64,000 bases of DNA, from positions 2,302-66,301 of the forward strand of contig CAMATZ010000013.1 of NCBI GenBank assembly GCA_945861275.1, given 5' to 3'. The notes below the pieces were generated by a model, which was given only the letters and a program-made list of their open reading frames with translations, ran no database searches and was not told where the DNA came from. The stretch is from Bordetella parapertussis. Lineage in GTDB: Bacteria; Pseudomonadota; Gammaproteobacteria; Burkholderiales; SG8-41. Every line of letters begins with the position of its first letter. Within the stretch, counting starts at the first letter, position 1. Positions 1 to 10,093 of this stretch are shown piece after piece. The position numbers were made by a program, and so were the translations under genes.

Positions 1-1
1 T

Positions 2-1072
2 ATTCCCGCTGCGCTGGTGGCGGCAGAGGCATCGGGCGCGTCCGGCAAGGCGTACCTTACCGGCGTGGCTGCAGGTTATGAGGTGATGGAACGCATGGCG
101 GCGGAGTTTATTCCGACCGTGATGTCGCAAGGTTTTCACCCCGGCCCGGTGTTCGGCATTTTCGGCGCGGCAGTGGCCGCGGCGAAGGTGATGGGTTACA
201 GCGAAGATCAGGTCAACAGCACCATTGCGCTGTGCGCGAGTCTCGCCTCCGGCAACCTTGAAGCCGCGCGTGCCGGCGGCACGCCGCTGCGCGAGGGAGC
301 GGCTACGCGCAACGCCATGCTCGCGGTAGCGCTCGCGCAGCCGGGACATGTGGGCGGCGAAACCGTGCTCGAAGGCGATGCCGGTTTTTATCACGCGTAC
401 GCAGGCAACAACAAAGGCGCGCTCAGCTACAGTTTTACCGGCGACACGCGCGCGAGCCTCGATGCCATTACCGCCAACCTCGGCCGCGACTGGATGTTCC
501 TGGAGACGCTCTATCGCATCTACTTTATCGCCGGTTACAACATCGCGCATATCGATGTCAGCGCGAAACTGTGCGAGGAAAACAACATCCGTTACCAGGA
601 CGTTGCCCGCGTCGAAGCCGTGGTGAACTGGCTGGAAACGCAATACCCAAGTCCCGCATTTCCCAGCCGGCGCGAAGACGGCGCAGGGAAACAGGGCGGC
701 ACCGCTTATTTCACCGCCTACGGCGTGGTCAAGCGTGGTTACCCGGCGTTGCGAGGCCGCAAGCTCGACGCGCTGGACGATCCGCCCGACGTGCTCGAAC
801 TGATGAAACGTGTGACAATCATTCCGTCGCACCAGATGACACTGTTCGGTCCGCGCATTACCATTTTTACCAAGGACGGCAAGAGTTACACCAAACAATC
901 CAGCGGGCGCGAGTTCATCTGGGATTTCGACGAAGAGGCGCGCCGCCTGCAGGAAGTGATTCCCGGCCTGCCGATTGCGGCCGCGCAGTTTGATTCGATA
1001 ATTGCAACCTGCCGTGAGCTCGAGAAAAAAGAGCGTGCCGATGCATTGGTGAAGCTGACGGTGAAGGCGTAG
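2..1072 (+). CDS. MmgE/PrpD family protein, 5' end outside window
   Basis: Frame open from window edge. AAGYEV...GFHPGPVFGIFGAA and 'GETVLEGDAGFY' are typical of PrpD-fold proteins. Confidence 0.8.
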   Translation: MPAALVAAEASGASGKAYLTGVAAGYEVMERMAAEFIPTVMSQGFHPGPVFGIFGAAVAAAKVMGYSEDQVNSTIALCASLASGNLEAARAGGTPLREGAATRNAMLAVALAQPGHVGGETVLEGDAGFYHAYAGNNKGALSYSFTGDTRASLDAITANLGRDWMFLETLYRIYFIAGYNIAHIDVSAKLCEENNIRYQDVARVEAVVNWLETQYPSPAFPSRREDGAGKQGGTAYFTAYGVVKRGYPALRGRKLDALDDPPDVLELMKRVTIIPSHQMTLFGPRITIFTKDGKSYTKQSSGREFIWDFDEEARRLQEVIPGLPIAAAQFDSIIATCRELEKKERADALVKLTVKA

Positions 1073-1120
1073 TTGCGTGCGCATGTGTGCCAGTGAGCGG
1101 TATCTGCCAGGAGCATTAAC

Positions 1121-1504
1121 ATGACGGATGATCTCGGAAAGCTGATCTTGCGACTGATGTTGGGCATTTTCATGCTGTTTCACGGCTATGCAAAAATTGT
1201 CAAGGGCGTGAGCGGTATCGAGGCTTCGCTGATTGGCGCAGGCTGGCCGGCGTGGGTTGCGTATGGCGTCTACATCGGCGAAGTCATCGCGCCGCTATTG
1301 GTGATACTCGGGTTTTATGCGCGCCTCGGCGGGCTGATTATTGTGGTCAACATGATTTTTGCGATTGTGTTGTCGCATTCACAGCAGTTGACTGATCTGG
1401 GCAGAAGCGGTGGCTGGGCGCTGGAGTTGCAGGGCTTCTTTCTGTTCACGGGGCTGGTGGTGGCGCTGATTGGCGCCGGACGCTATGGTGTCAACAGGCG
1501 CTGA
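1121..1504 (+). CDS. DoxX family membrane protein
   Basis: 127 aa, 4 hydrophobic segments, LRLMLG..HG..K and GAGRY motifs; GGAG RBS upstream. Confidence 0.85.
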   Translation: MTDDLGKLILRLMLGIFMLFHGYAKIVKGVSGIEASLIGAGWPAWVAYGVYIGEVIAPLLVILGFYARLGGLIIVVNMIFAIVLSHSQQLTDLGRSGGWALELQGFFLFTGLVVALIGAGRYGVNRR

Positions 1505-1540
1505 GCGTTTAACATAATTTACGCATCACAGGAGAATGGC

Positions 1541-2524
1541 ATGGCCGCAAACGAACAACTCAAATATTCCGCCGTTGAAGGCTGGGAGCAACTGCCCAAA
1601 GGTTACGCGCATCGTGACGTGGCCGGGGTGGCGGTGGACGGCGAGGACCGCGTGTATCTGATGTGCCGCGGCGAACATCCGGTGATTGTGTATGACCAGA
1701 AAGGCAATTTCATACGCTCCTGGGGCACCGGTGATTTTACTTATCGCACGCACGGCATTTATGTCGCGCCCAACGGCACGCTGTTTTGCACCGATGACGG
1801 CAACCATACGGTGCGGCAATTTTCGCCTGAAGGCAAATTGTTGATGACGATGGGCACCATGAATACGCCGTCCGACACCGGCTATGACGGTTCAACCACG
1901 CCATCGGTTGCGCGCTCGGCGGGGCCGTTTAATCGACCGACCAATATTGCCATCGGACTCAAGGGCGACATTTATGTGTCGGACGGCTACGGCAACGCGC
2001 GTGTGCATGTATTTTCACCGACCGGGCAACTCAAGCACTCGTGGGGCACGCCGGGGCGAGGTCCAGGACAGTTTTATTTGCCGCACGGCATCGCGATAGA
2101 TGCCAACGGGCGCGTGTTCGTGTGCGACCGCGAGAGCGACCGCATCCAGATTTTCAGTCCCGACGGCGAATTTCTGGAAGAGTGGACGGACACCCAGCGC
2201 CCGACGCATGTGGTGTTCGATGCGCAGGGCCGTGCCTACGTCACCGAACTGTGGTGGCACGTTGGTGATCATTCGTTCACCCACGGCCCGATTACCAAGG
2301 CGCGTCATGCGCGTCTCAGTATTTTTGATAAAGACGGCAAGCTATTGTCGCGCCTGGGTACGCCGGAAGCCACCGCGCCCGGCAGCTTCGCCGCGCCGCA
2401 CGGGCTGGCGGTCGATTCGAAACACGACGTCTATGTGAGTGAAGTCACCTGGACCTTCGCGGTGAGCCGTGGCCGCGCCCCAGCGGATTGCCATACGTTT
2501 CAGAAGCTGACACTCACCTCTTGA
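1541..2524 (+). CDS. NHL-repeat beta-propeller protein (peptidyl-alpha-hydroxyglycine lyase-like)
   Basis: Repeated NHL motifs FNRPTNIAI, YVSDGYGNARV, FYLPHGIAID, FAAPHGLAVD. Confidence 0.85.
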   Translation: MAANEQLKYSAVEGWEQLPKGYAHRDVAGVAVDGEDRVYLMCRGEHPVIVYDQKGNFIRSWGTGDFTYRTHGIYVAPNGTLFCTDDGNHTVRQFSPEGKLLMTMGTMNTPSDTGYDGSTTPSVARSAGPFNRPTNIAIGLKGDIYVSDGYGNARVHVFSPTGQLKHSWGTPGRGPGQFYLPHGIAIDANGRVFVCDRESDRIQIFSPDGEFLEEWTDTQRPTHVVFDAQGRAYVTELWWHVGDHSFTHGPITKARHARLSIFDKDGKLLSRLGTPEATAPGSFAAPHGLAVDSKHDVYVSEVTWTFAVSRGRAPADCHTFQKLTLTS

Positions 2525-3525
2525 TTAGTCGTGCGTTGAACGCTGTCGCTCTGCATGTGCTCTGCAACAGGCTAGTGCTTGCGCTGCTTGCGGTGACGGG
2601 GATCGTGCCCGGCGCGCAGGCGCAAGTTTGGCCGCTGCGGCCGGTGCGCGTGGTGGTGCCGTTTCCGGCGGGCGGTCCGGCGGACGTGCTGGGGCGCGTC
2701 ATGTCAGCGCGGTTCACGCAAGCGCTCGGCCAGCAGTTCGTGGTGGACAATCGCTCCGGCGCCAATGGCAGCATCGGGGCGACCCTCGTCGCCAAAGCGC
2801 CGAACGACGGCTATACCATCATGTTCGCCACCACCGGCCCGCTGGCGTTGAACCCGCTCATGTACAAGAATACGCCTTACGATCCGCTGCGCGACTTTGC
2901 GCCCGTGATCCTGTTCGGCGACGTGCCGATGATCGTCGTCGCCAACCTGGGCGCGCCGGTAAAAACCCTGCATGAGGCGATTGCCCACGCGCGGGCGAAT
3001 CCGGGCAAGCTCACGTTCGCTTCCCCGGGCTTCGCGTCGATGGGACATCTGGTTGCGGAACTGATCCAGCGCAACGCCGGCGTCAAGCTTACCCATGTGC
3101 CGTACAAGGGTTCGGCACCGGCGATGACCGAGCTGCTGGGTGGCTCGGTCAATATCGCGTTTGATCTTGCGGCAGCCTACATCCAGCATATCAAGGCAGG
3201 CCGGGTGCGGGCGCTCGCCATCTCCACAGCCACGCGTTTTGCCGCATTGCCGGACGTTCCGACTATCAGTGAGGAAGGTATTCCCGGCTATCAGGCAGCA
3301 GGTTGGTTTGGCATTGTCGGGCCGGCCGGCATGCCGCCGCAACCGATAGCGGCATTGAACAAGCTGTCGAACGCATGGCTTGCGAGCCCCGAAGGCATCA
3401 ATCGCCTGCGTGATCTGGGATCACGCCCGCTTGGCGGCACGCCTGCCGATCTTTCAACCTTCGTGCGTGCCGAAATCACCAAGTGGCGGCCCATTGTTGA
3501 GCCCATCGCTGCAGCGATCGAATAG
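2521..3525 (+). CDS. Bug/TctC tripartite tricarboxylate transporter substrate-binding protein
   Basis: WPLRPVRVVVPFPAGGPAD, DNRSGANG, HVPYKGSAPA. Start uncertain (TTG at 2521 or 2536, GTG at 2557). Confidence 0.9.
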   Translation: MISRALNAVALHVLCNRLVLALLAVTGIVPGAQAQVWPLRPVRVVVPFPAGGPADVLGRVMSARFTQALGQQFVVDNRSGANGSIGATLVAKAPNDGYTIMFATTGPLALNPLMYKNTPYDPLRDFAPVILFGDVPMIVVANLGAPVKTLHEAIAHARANPGKLTFASPGFASMGHLVAELIQRNAGVKLTHVPYKGSAPAMTELLGGSVNIAFDLAAAYIQHIKAGRVRALAISTATRFAALPDVPTISEEGIPGYQAAGWFGIVGPAGMPPQPIAALNKLSNAWLASPEGINRLRDLGSRPLGGTPADLSTFVRAEITKWRPIVEPIAAAIE

Positions 3526-3556
3526 TGCTGCAGCGATCGAAGAGAAATAATCCGCC

Positions 3557-4378
3557 ATGCAAAATGATTCTGATTCAACCCACGACGCTCCACTCGTCGA
3601 TACACATGCCCATGTCTACACCACCGGCATGCCGTTGAGCGCCACGGCCTGGCACAAGCCGCCGCAAGACGCGACCATCGAGCAGTACATCGCCACACTC
3701 GATCAACATGGCGTGCGTTACGCGGTGCTGGCGGCGGCAAGCCTCTACGACGATTACAACGAGTATTCGCTCGAAGCCACACGCAAGCACCCGCGGCTGC
3801 GCACCACGGCCATCGTGCGGCCGGACATCGACCCGTACATCCTGCGCATGATGAAAGCGGATGGTGTTACCGGTGTGCGCTTGCAGTGGCGCAACGTCAG
3901 GAATCCGCCCGATATCACCACGCCCGAGTACCGCAAGTTTCTGCGCCGCGTTGCTGATCTCGATTGGCATGTGCATCTGAATCAATCGGGAGAGTTGATC
4001 GAAGCGCCGGTCGCCGCACTGGAATCTGCTGGCGTGAAAATAGTCATCGATCATTTTGGTCACCCGCAGCGCGGCAAGGGTGTCGCGTGTGCGGGCTTTC
4101 AAGCCGTGATGCGTTCGGTAGCGCGCGGCCGCACCTGGGTCAAACTGTCAGCCGGCTATCGCATGGAGTCACCTGAAGTCGCGGAAGCGTGTGCGCGTGA
4201 ACTGGTGAAACACTGCGGTGCGGAGCGTTTACTGTGGGGCAGCGACTGGCCGTTCGCGGCATTCGAAACCAAGGTGCGCTACAGCGACACCATCGCGGCA
4301 CTGAAACGCTGGGTACCCGATGCCGCGGTACGGCGCATCATCGGCGGCGAATCCGCGCTCAGGCTGTACTTCGGGTAA
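3557..4378 (+). CDS. Amidohydrolase_2 family protein (LigI/2-pyrone-4,6-dicarboxylate lactonase-like)
   Basis: DTHAHV, VIDHFGHP, WVKLSAGYR, LWGSDWP. Confidence 0.85.
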   Translation: MQNDSDSTHDAPLVDTHAHVYTTGMPLSATAWHKPPQDATIEQYIATLDQHGVRYAVLAAASLYDDYNEYSLEATRKHPRLRTTAIVRPDIDPYILRMMKADGVTGVRLQWRNVRNPPDITTPEYRKFLRRVADLDWHVHLNQSGELIEAPVAALESAGVKIVIDHFGHPQRGKGVACAGFQAVMRSVARGRTWVKLSAGYRMESPEVAEACARELVKHCGAERLLWGSDWPFAAFETKVRYSDTIAALKRWVPDAAVRRIIGGESALRLYFG

Positions 4379-4440
4379 TTAAGTCCATTTTAGCGCTGAC
4401 CAGCGTAGCGCTGAATCAGACGCACAACGGGCCGCGCGTG

Positions 4441-5313
4441 TTATTCCGCAGGCTGAGGTGTCGGCGCCGATGCCGCAATACGCGCGTCGTTGGTGCGGGC
4501 CGGAGACGGCGTAAGCAGCGCTACCGATTCCTGCAGCTCGCGCAGCCACTTGGTTGGCTGTGCTTTCGGGCAATCTGCCACGAATCCGGCGGGCACAGCT
4601 CTGGCTTCATAACCGGCCTGCGGCAGCAGCCGCAGCGCAACGCCGTCGGCTGTCATGCGCTGGCGTTGGCCGTAGGTCGCAATCACTGCACGCGAACTCG
4701 CGTAGGAGACCGCGCTGGAGACCGTGCTCGCCGCCGCCGCGCTGCTGGTGCCGGATGTGAGCAACGCCAGCAAGCGCGCCACGTTGAGCGCCGGCGCCAA
4801 TACCGTGGCTGCCACGGAAAAAGCGATGCTGGTGGCGGTGTTCTGTTCATGGTGCCGCGATATCACGTGGCCAAGCTCGCGCGCCATGACAAAGGCGAGC
4901 GCATCATCCGACAATGAAATTTCGCTCACCGGCCGCAGCACGACAATCAGTCCACCGGCAGTGGACGCAACACCCGCTTCCATCTTGTCGGAAACGGTGA
5001 ACACAAAGCGCGGGATGCGTTGCGAGAGGCCGGGATAGGTGCGGTAGGCCGCTTCAGCCAGTTTGGCGCCGATGCGCGCGACGCGTTCCTCGAACACGGT
5101 GGGGCCGGTGCATTCCAATTCGGGGTGCTCGAAGTGGTTTTTGTGCGGGTCTGGCATAAACGCCAGCATGATTCGCAGACTCGCTTGTGAATAGATCTCG
5201 CTCACCGGTGTGGGCGCGAACACCGAGTCGCCAACATCCGGGTCGGTGGAGGCGCATCCGCTCACCATAACGCAAGCGATGCAGGCGATTAACAGGGAAT
5301 GCAAGCGGTTCAT
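4441..5313 (-). CDS. M48 metallopeptidase-like lipoprotein with degenerate zinc motif
   Basis: Lipobox VSGC; 'SDDALAFVMARELGHV' has RELGH where HExxH is expected. Confidence 0.75.
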   Translation of the reverse strand: MNRLHSLLIACIACVMVSGCASTDPDVGDSVFAPTPVSEIYSQASLRIMLAFMPDPHKNHFEHPELECTGPTVFEERVARIGAKLAEAAYRTYPGLSQRIPRFVFTVSDKMEAGVASTAGGLIVVLRPVSEISLSDDALAFVMARELGHVISRHHEQNTATSIAFSVAATVLAPALNVARLLALLTSGTSSAAAASTVSSAVSYASSRAVIATYGQRQRMTADGVALRLLPQAGYEARAVPAGFVADCPKAQPTKWLRELQESVALLTPSPARTNDARIAASAPTPQPAE

Positions 5314-5497
5314 GGATGGTGAAATCGCGGGCTCATGGTTACGATGTCAATGCGCCGGGCAGGCGCTTGCCGCAGTTGTTAAATATACCCTTTTTTAGCG
5401 CGCGGGTGCTCATTATTCATGCAGTTACATCTGCCCAAAACCGCAAAAGGTGGCAACAATACGTTACCAGCGTATGTACTGCGCTTCCGGCGTGAGG

Positions 5498-6559
5498 CTA
5501 AAACTCCCAACTTACGTTAATGGACTGAAATTTTTGCATGCCACTATTGCCCAAGGGTGTGTCGAACTCGGGGCTGCGCTGGACGTGCGTGACGGACAGC
5601 CGCAGCGGCGGCAGGCGTACGGAAAAACCTGCTTTGAGATCAGTCACAAACACCCGGCGATCCACACTTGCGCTCTCGCGAAAGCTGTTGCCATCCAGAA
5701 AAATGTTGCGGCCAACAACGCGGCTGTCAAAGCCGGCGAATACATACCATTCCGGGCGCCTGTGCGCGCCATCGGCCAGGCGTGAGCTTTGCAATAAGGC
5801 GCCGCCGGGTTCGATGGTATCGGGGCCGAAGCCGCTCATGTTTTGTCCCACGCGCACTATGCCCCCCGCACGTGCGAGCGTCATTACATTTCCCACCGTG
5901 GCGCCTGCGTGCGGCACCACTTGCAGACCTGTCGCCGGGCCATAACGCCACTTGCTCAGGTAGGCGAGCAGCACGCCCGGCTCGTTGCGGATTTGATTGC
6001 CCCAGCCCAAAGGCTGTTCGGCACCGACCAGTTTGTGCCATTCGGTTTGTACTGGTTTTCCCAGAGCTGCGGGTCCCACCATGCCCAGATCGAGTTCCAC
6101 CGTTTGCAAGCGGTCGCTGCGCACGCTTTGCGCAACGCCGCCGATATAGAGCCACGCTGCCCATGGCCGGTCCAGCGGCTGCGCTGCCGCCACGGTGATG
6201 CGCCTGGGCGTGTAGAGGTTTTGTCCGGCAAATAATCCGAGTTGAATCGCGCCCGGATCAACATCGTCCAGATGCCTGGAGATTTTCCGCAACACTGTTT
6301 TGACAGGCTCGTGAAACAGAAAATTGACCACGGGTTCGGCGCCGACGCCACCGCCAATCTTGAACCCGTTGGTGTAATAGCGATCGGTGCCCGCGCCGAA
6401 ACTGTCGTTTTCGATGAATACCTGAAACTCACAGGCAGTTTTGGCACTACACCCGATGGCTGGACCTGGCGCTTGCGGCGGCGTCTGCGCGCCGGTGGCA
6501 TGTTCCGGAGCGAGCAGTAACACCACCGCAGGTAGAATGCGGTTGATAAATCTGCGCAT
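5498..6559 (-). CDS. lpxR: Lipid A deacylase LpxR family outer-membrane protein (DUF2219)
   Basis: ENDSFG..DRYYTNG, GQNLYTP, DRPWAAWLY, RNIFLDGN, C-terminal Phe. Start placed at MRRFIN (signal peptide). Confidence 0.8.
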   Translation of the reverse strand: MRRFINRILPAVVLLLAPEHATGAQTPPQAPGPAIGCSAKTACEFQVFIENDSFGAGTDRYYTNGFKIGGGVGAEPVVNFLFHEPVKTVLRKISRHLDDVDPGAIQLGLFAGQNLYTPRRITVAAAQPLDRPWAAWLYIGGVAQSVRSDRLQTVELDLGMVGPAALGKPVQTEWHKLVGAEQPLGWGNQIRNEPGVLLAYLSKWRYGPATGLQVVPHAGATVGNVMTLARAGGIVRVGQNMSGFGPDTIEPGGALLQSSRLADGAHRRPEWYVFAGFDSRVVGRNIFLDGNSFRESASVDRRVFVTDLKAGFSVRLPPLRLSVTHVQRSPEFDTPLGNSGMQKFQSINVSWEF

Positions 6560-6657
6560 GAAGCCATATCCTTTGTTTCGAGCGGCTACAATGAAGGCTG
6601 GAGCCGCCAGCAGTGTTGCGCAGGCGTCAATTTCAAGGTAGCGGAGTATATAAAAAA

Positions 6658-7650
6658 GTGTCCGTAAAAACAAACGCTTACACAGTATATAAAGCTGGGC
6701 TCACTGGTGCACTGGCATGTGCGCTTGGTGCTGTGAGCGCCGGCGCTCACGCCCAGGCGTACCCCACCCGCCCGGTGCGCACACTGGTGCCGCTGGCCGC
6801 GGGTGGCGGCATGGACACTGTTACGCGATCTCTTTCGGTGAAGCTCGGTGAAGCTTTCGGACACACGTTCGTGGTGGACAACCGGCCCGGCGCGGGCAGT
6901 CAAATCGCACTCGACATCACATCCGCGGCTGCGCCCGACGGGCATACGCTGCTGATGATCAGCGCGACCACGGTGGTGCACCCGCTGCTGTATAAATCGC
7001 GCTTCGACATCGCGCGTGATTTCGCGCCGATTGCGCAAGTGACCGCGCAAGGCTATGTGATGGTGGTGCATCCGTCGATACCGGTGAAGTCGGCACTGGA
7101 ATTCGCGCAATATTTAAAGGCGAATCCCGACAAAATAAATTTCAGCTCGTCGGGTATCGGCAGCCTCATTCACATGTGCGGCGAACTCTTCAAAATCGCC
7201 ACCGGCACGCGCATGACGCATGTGCCGTACAAGGGCATGGGCGCGGCGTACGCCGATCTGGTGGGCGGGCACGTGCAGTCGTCGTTCCCGACGATTATTT
7301 CATCGATCTCCCACATCAATTCCGGACGCCTGCGCGCACTGGCCGTCACACCCGGCAAACGCGTGCCGGCGCTGCCGAGCGTGCCCACCTTCGCCGAAGC
7401 GGGTGTCAAAGGCGTGGTGGTGGTGAACTGGTATGGTTTGATAGCGCCATTGAAAACCCCGGCAGTCATCATTAATCGCCTCGCCGCGGAGGTCAATAAA
7501 GCGATGCAATCGCCGGACATGATGAAAAGCCTGCTCGCCGAAGGCTCGGAGGCGGTAAGCGGCTCGCCCGCCGAGTTCGCAGCGCATATGAAGGCGGAGA
7601 ATGAACAGTGGGCGCGCGTGGTTAAGGCGGCGGGGATACGCGGGAACTAG
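6658..7650 (+). CDS. Bug/TctC substrate-binding protein
   Basis: AQAYPTRPVR..AAGGGMD, DNRPGAG, HVPYKG. Start approximate. Confidence 0.9.
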   Translation: MSVKTNAYTVYKAGLTGALACALGAVSAGAHAQAYPTRPVRTLVPLAAGGGMDTVTRSLSVKLGEAFGHTFVVDNRPGAGSQIALDITSAAAPDGHTLLMISATTVVHPLLYKSRFDIARDFAPIAQVTAQGYVMVVHPSIPVKSALEFAQYLKANPDKINFSSSGIGSLIHMCGELFKIATGTRMTHVPYKGMGAAYADLVGGHVQSSFPTIISSISHINSGRLRALAVTPGKRVPALPSVPTFAEAGVKGVVVVNWYGLIAPLKTPAVIINRLAAEVNKAMQSPDMMKSLLAEGSEAVSGSPAEFAAHMKAENEQWARVVKAAGIRGN

Positions 7651-7654
7651 CGGG

Positions 7655-7743
7655 CAGTGTTTAGTTTGGAGTGTTAAGTCGTGAGTTAAGCGTGCTGCTG
7701 CGTGCTGGACCACTCAAAACTCAGGACTCAGCACTCGGCACTG
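7655..7743. repeat. Degenerate inverted repeat built of 7-bp units between convergent genes
   Basis: Left cagtgtttagtttggagtgttaagtcgtgagt; right actcaaa-actcagg-actcagc-actcggc-actg. Confidence 0.65.
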
Positions 7744-7748
7744 TCGTC

Positions 7749-8480
7749 CTAAGCCTTCGCCGCCACCGTCAGTCCGCGCACCTGGTGTTTCTCGATGGTG
7801 CGTGCGACCCATCCGCTGGCTTTGACCTCTTCGATCAGTTCGCTTAGGTATTGCGCAGCGGCGGGGCGGCCTTTCGGCGTGCCGGCAGCTTGTTGCACGG
7901 CGGTGAAGTTGCCGTCGAGGATGCGTGAGCCGGGCAGATTGCCTTGATCGGTGATCAGCCGCGGACGCAGTCCGGCGAGCGCATCGAGTTTGCCGTCGAC
8001 GAATTTCTTGAACACGGTATCCGCGCCTTGCTCGCGGACGAGCTCGGCGTTTTTCAGGTTGCGCGTGAGATAAAGGTCGTAAGCGGACTTGCCCGAAATG
8101 GCAATGCGCATGCCTTTGGCGTCCACTTCGGCAACGGTCTTGAGAGGAGATCCCGGCGGCACCAGATAGGTCGCTTCGATTTCCACATAGGCGGCGGTGA
8201 AATCGATGGCGTTGGCGCGCTGCGGCTCCGCGCCGAGAAAGCCTACATCCCACTTGTTCTTGTCGGCGTCGTCGGCGAGCAAGCCCGGATTGGGATAGGG
8301 CACCAGTTCGACTTCAACACCAAGACGTTTGCCGAGTTCGCGGCCGAGGTCAGGCGCGAGTCCGATCGGCGCGCCTGCGGCATCTTTCGCGGTCAGTAAA
8401 AAGTTGCTCATGTTGAGGCCGACACGAAGCTTGCCGGTGGGGGTGAATTCGGTGCGCGCGGCGGCGGAGGGAGTAGTCAT
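7749..8480 (-). CDS. ABC transporter substrate-binding protein (polar amino acid family 3)
   Basis: PTGKLRVGLN, WDVGFLG, IDFTAAYVEIEATYLV, GKSAYDLYL. Confidence 0.85.
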   Translation of the reverse strand: MTTPSAAARTEFTPTGKLRVGLNMSNFLLTAKDAAGAPIGLAPDLGRELGKRLGVEVELVPYPNPGLLADDADKNKWDVGFLGAEPQRANAIDFTAAYVEIEATYLVPPGSPLKTVAEVDAKGMRIAISGKSAYDLYLTRNLKNAELVREQGADTVFKKFVDGKLDALAGLRPRLITDQGNLPGSRILDGNFTAVQQAAGTPKGRPAAAQYLSELIEEVKASGWVARTIEKHQVRGLTVAAKA

Positions 8481-8541
8481 GGTGGTGGCCTTTGAGGTTG
8501 GGGATTTTTGGATAATGCGTACGATCAATTCTTACAATAGC

Positions 8542-9942
8542 CTAGCGCTTACCCAGCAACTGCGCAATCCTGGCGGCATCGTCAAGTTTATCCAAACCAA
8601 GCATCGCATCGCGCAGCTGTTCGACCTGCGTTTGGGGCAATGCCTTAACTGCCAGCTTTTCGAATTTATCCACGATATCGGCTTCACTGGCGAATTTGTA
8701 TTCGCTGCCGCGTGCGGATTCGACCGTGCGCTCCATGCGTGTGCCGTCATGCAGAAACACTTCAACGCGCACTTTGTGACGGTACTTGGCGCCCAGACGG
8801 GTGATGGCGTCGTCGTGATGCACTTCGACGATTTCGGAAAGCTTCATGCGCGCCGGATCGGCCACCATTTTCTCGGTGAACTGATCGACAAAACAATCGC
8901 CGTCGAGCAGCCAGGTGGCGATGCAATACGGCAGATTCAACTGCGCCGAGGTCAGCCCCTGCGGCAGGTATTTCCAGCCCACATGATCCATCGTCACCTG
9001 TGAACCGTGCACGGAAATTTTTCGCACATCCTTCGCGCCGAAGGCTTTTTCGGCCTGCATTTCGCGTATAGCGTCGAGCGTGGTGTGGTTGCTGCCCACA
9101 CACGAATAAAACTTGAGCGCGACACCCATGGTCTGCCACACGCTGCCGAAACCGGCGGTGAGTTCCTTGAGATCGTAGCGATCGTGCGAGCGCGAAAAGG
9201 TGCTGCAAAAGCCGCCGTATTCGCTTTCCAGAACATTGACGATGCCGGTGAAGCCGGATGCGGCGAGCAGCGCACCATACAAACCGGATTGCGATGCGCG
9301 GCCGGCATGCATGCGTTTGACCATCGCGCCATATTGCGCGGCCATCAGCCCGGCGGCTTGCGTGCCGGCGATGCCCAGCGCGTGCACGGTTTTATCCACA
9401 TCCAGTTCGAGGGCGCGCGCAGCGCCGGCTGCGGAAGAAAACACGCCCAGTGTCGCGCCCGAATGCCAACCCTGCGCGATGTGATCGGGCCGCATGCACA
9501 GGCCCACGCGCGGACCGATTTCGTAACCGGCGACGGCGGCCGTCAAAAACGCCTTGCCGCTCATGCCCGGCTTCATTTCGCTAAGCGAAATCAGCGAGGG
9601 CAGCACCACCGCGCCCACGTGCAACACGCCCGCGCGATGCACGTCGTCGAGTTCAAAGCCCTGCACCTGCGTGCCGTTGACGAGTGCCGCATGCGGCGCG
9701 GACAGTTTCAGAGCGGTGCCCCACACGTTGCAGCGGCGTGAGTCATCCACGCGCGTCAGCGTGTCTTGCAGTATTTTGCTCCACTCAAGATCGGCGCCAT
9801 AAAGCGCACAGCCGAGCGCATCGAGCATCAGCAGTTTGATGCGCGCTTTGACCTCGGCGGGAATCGCGTCGTAGCTAAGGCCCGACACAAATTGCGCGAT
9901 GCCGCGGGTGTAAGGATTGTCGTTGGATGCTTCGTGGCTCAT
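8542..9942 (-). CDS. MmgE/PrpD family protein
   Basis: AALVNGT..GFELDDVH..VLHVG, KRMHAGRA, KFYSCVGSNH. Confidence 0.92.
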   Translation of the reverse strand: MSHEASNDNPYTRGIAQFVSGLSYDAIPAEVKARIKLLMLDALGCALYGADLEWSKILQDTLTRVDDSRRCNVWGTALKLSAPHAALVNGTQVQGFELDDVHRAGVLHVGAVVLPSLISLSEMKPGMSGKAFLTAAVAGYEIGPRVGLCMRPDHIAQGWHSGATLGVFSSAAGAARALELDVDKTVHALGIAGTQAAGLMAAQYGAMVKRMHAGRASQSGLYGALLAASGFTGIVNVLESEYGGFCSTFSRSHDRYDLKELTAGFGSVWQTMGVALKFYSCVGSNHTTLDAIREMQAEKAFGAKDVRKISVHGSQVTMDHVGWKYLPQGLTSAQLNLPYCIATWLLDGDCFVDQFTEKMVADPARMKLSEIVEVHHDDAITRLGAKYRHKVRVEVFLHDGTRMERTVESARGSEYKFASEADIVDKFEKLAVKALPQTQVEQLRDAMLGLDKLDDAARIAQLLGKR

Positions 9943-10093
9943 GAGTGCTTTCAGTGTAATCGGGGTGTAGTGCATTTTACGCTGCCCGAGCTGTGGGCCG
10001 CAGCATCCGTGCTCAATTCGCGATTGAGTTCCGGCATTGATTGTTCCACAATCGAAACTTTTGAATCTCTTTCCAACGATTAAGGCATTGCAC

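Noticed and set aside
5400-5497. Possible c-di-GMP-like riboswitch (aaaaccgcaaaaggtgg)
   Set aside because: Poor match to the consensus and on the wrong strand for the adjacent genes.
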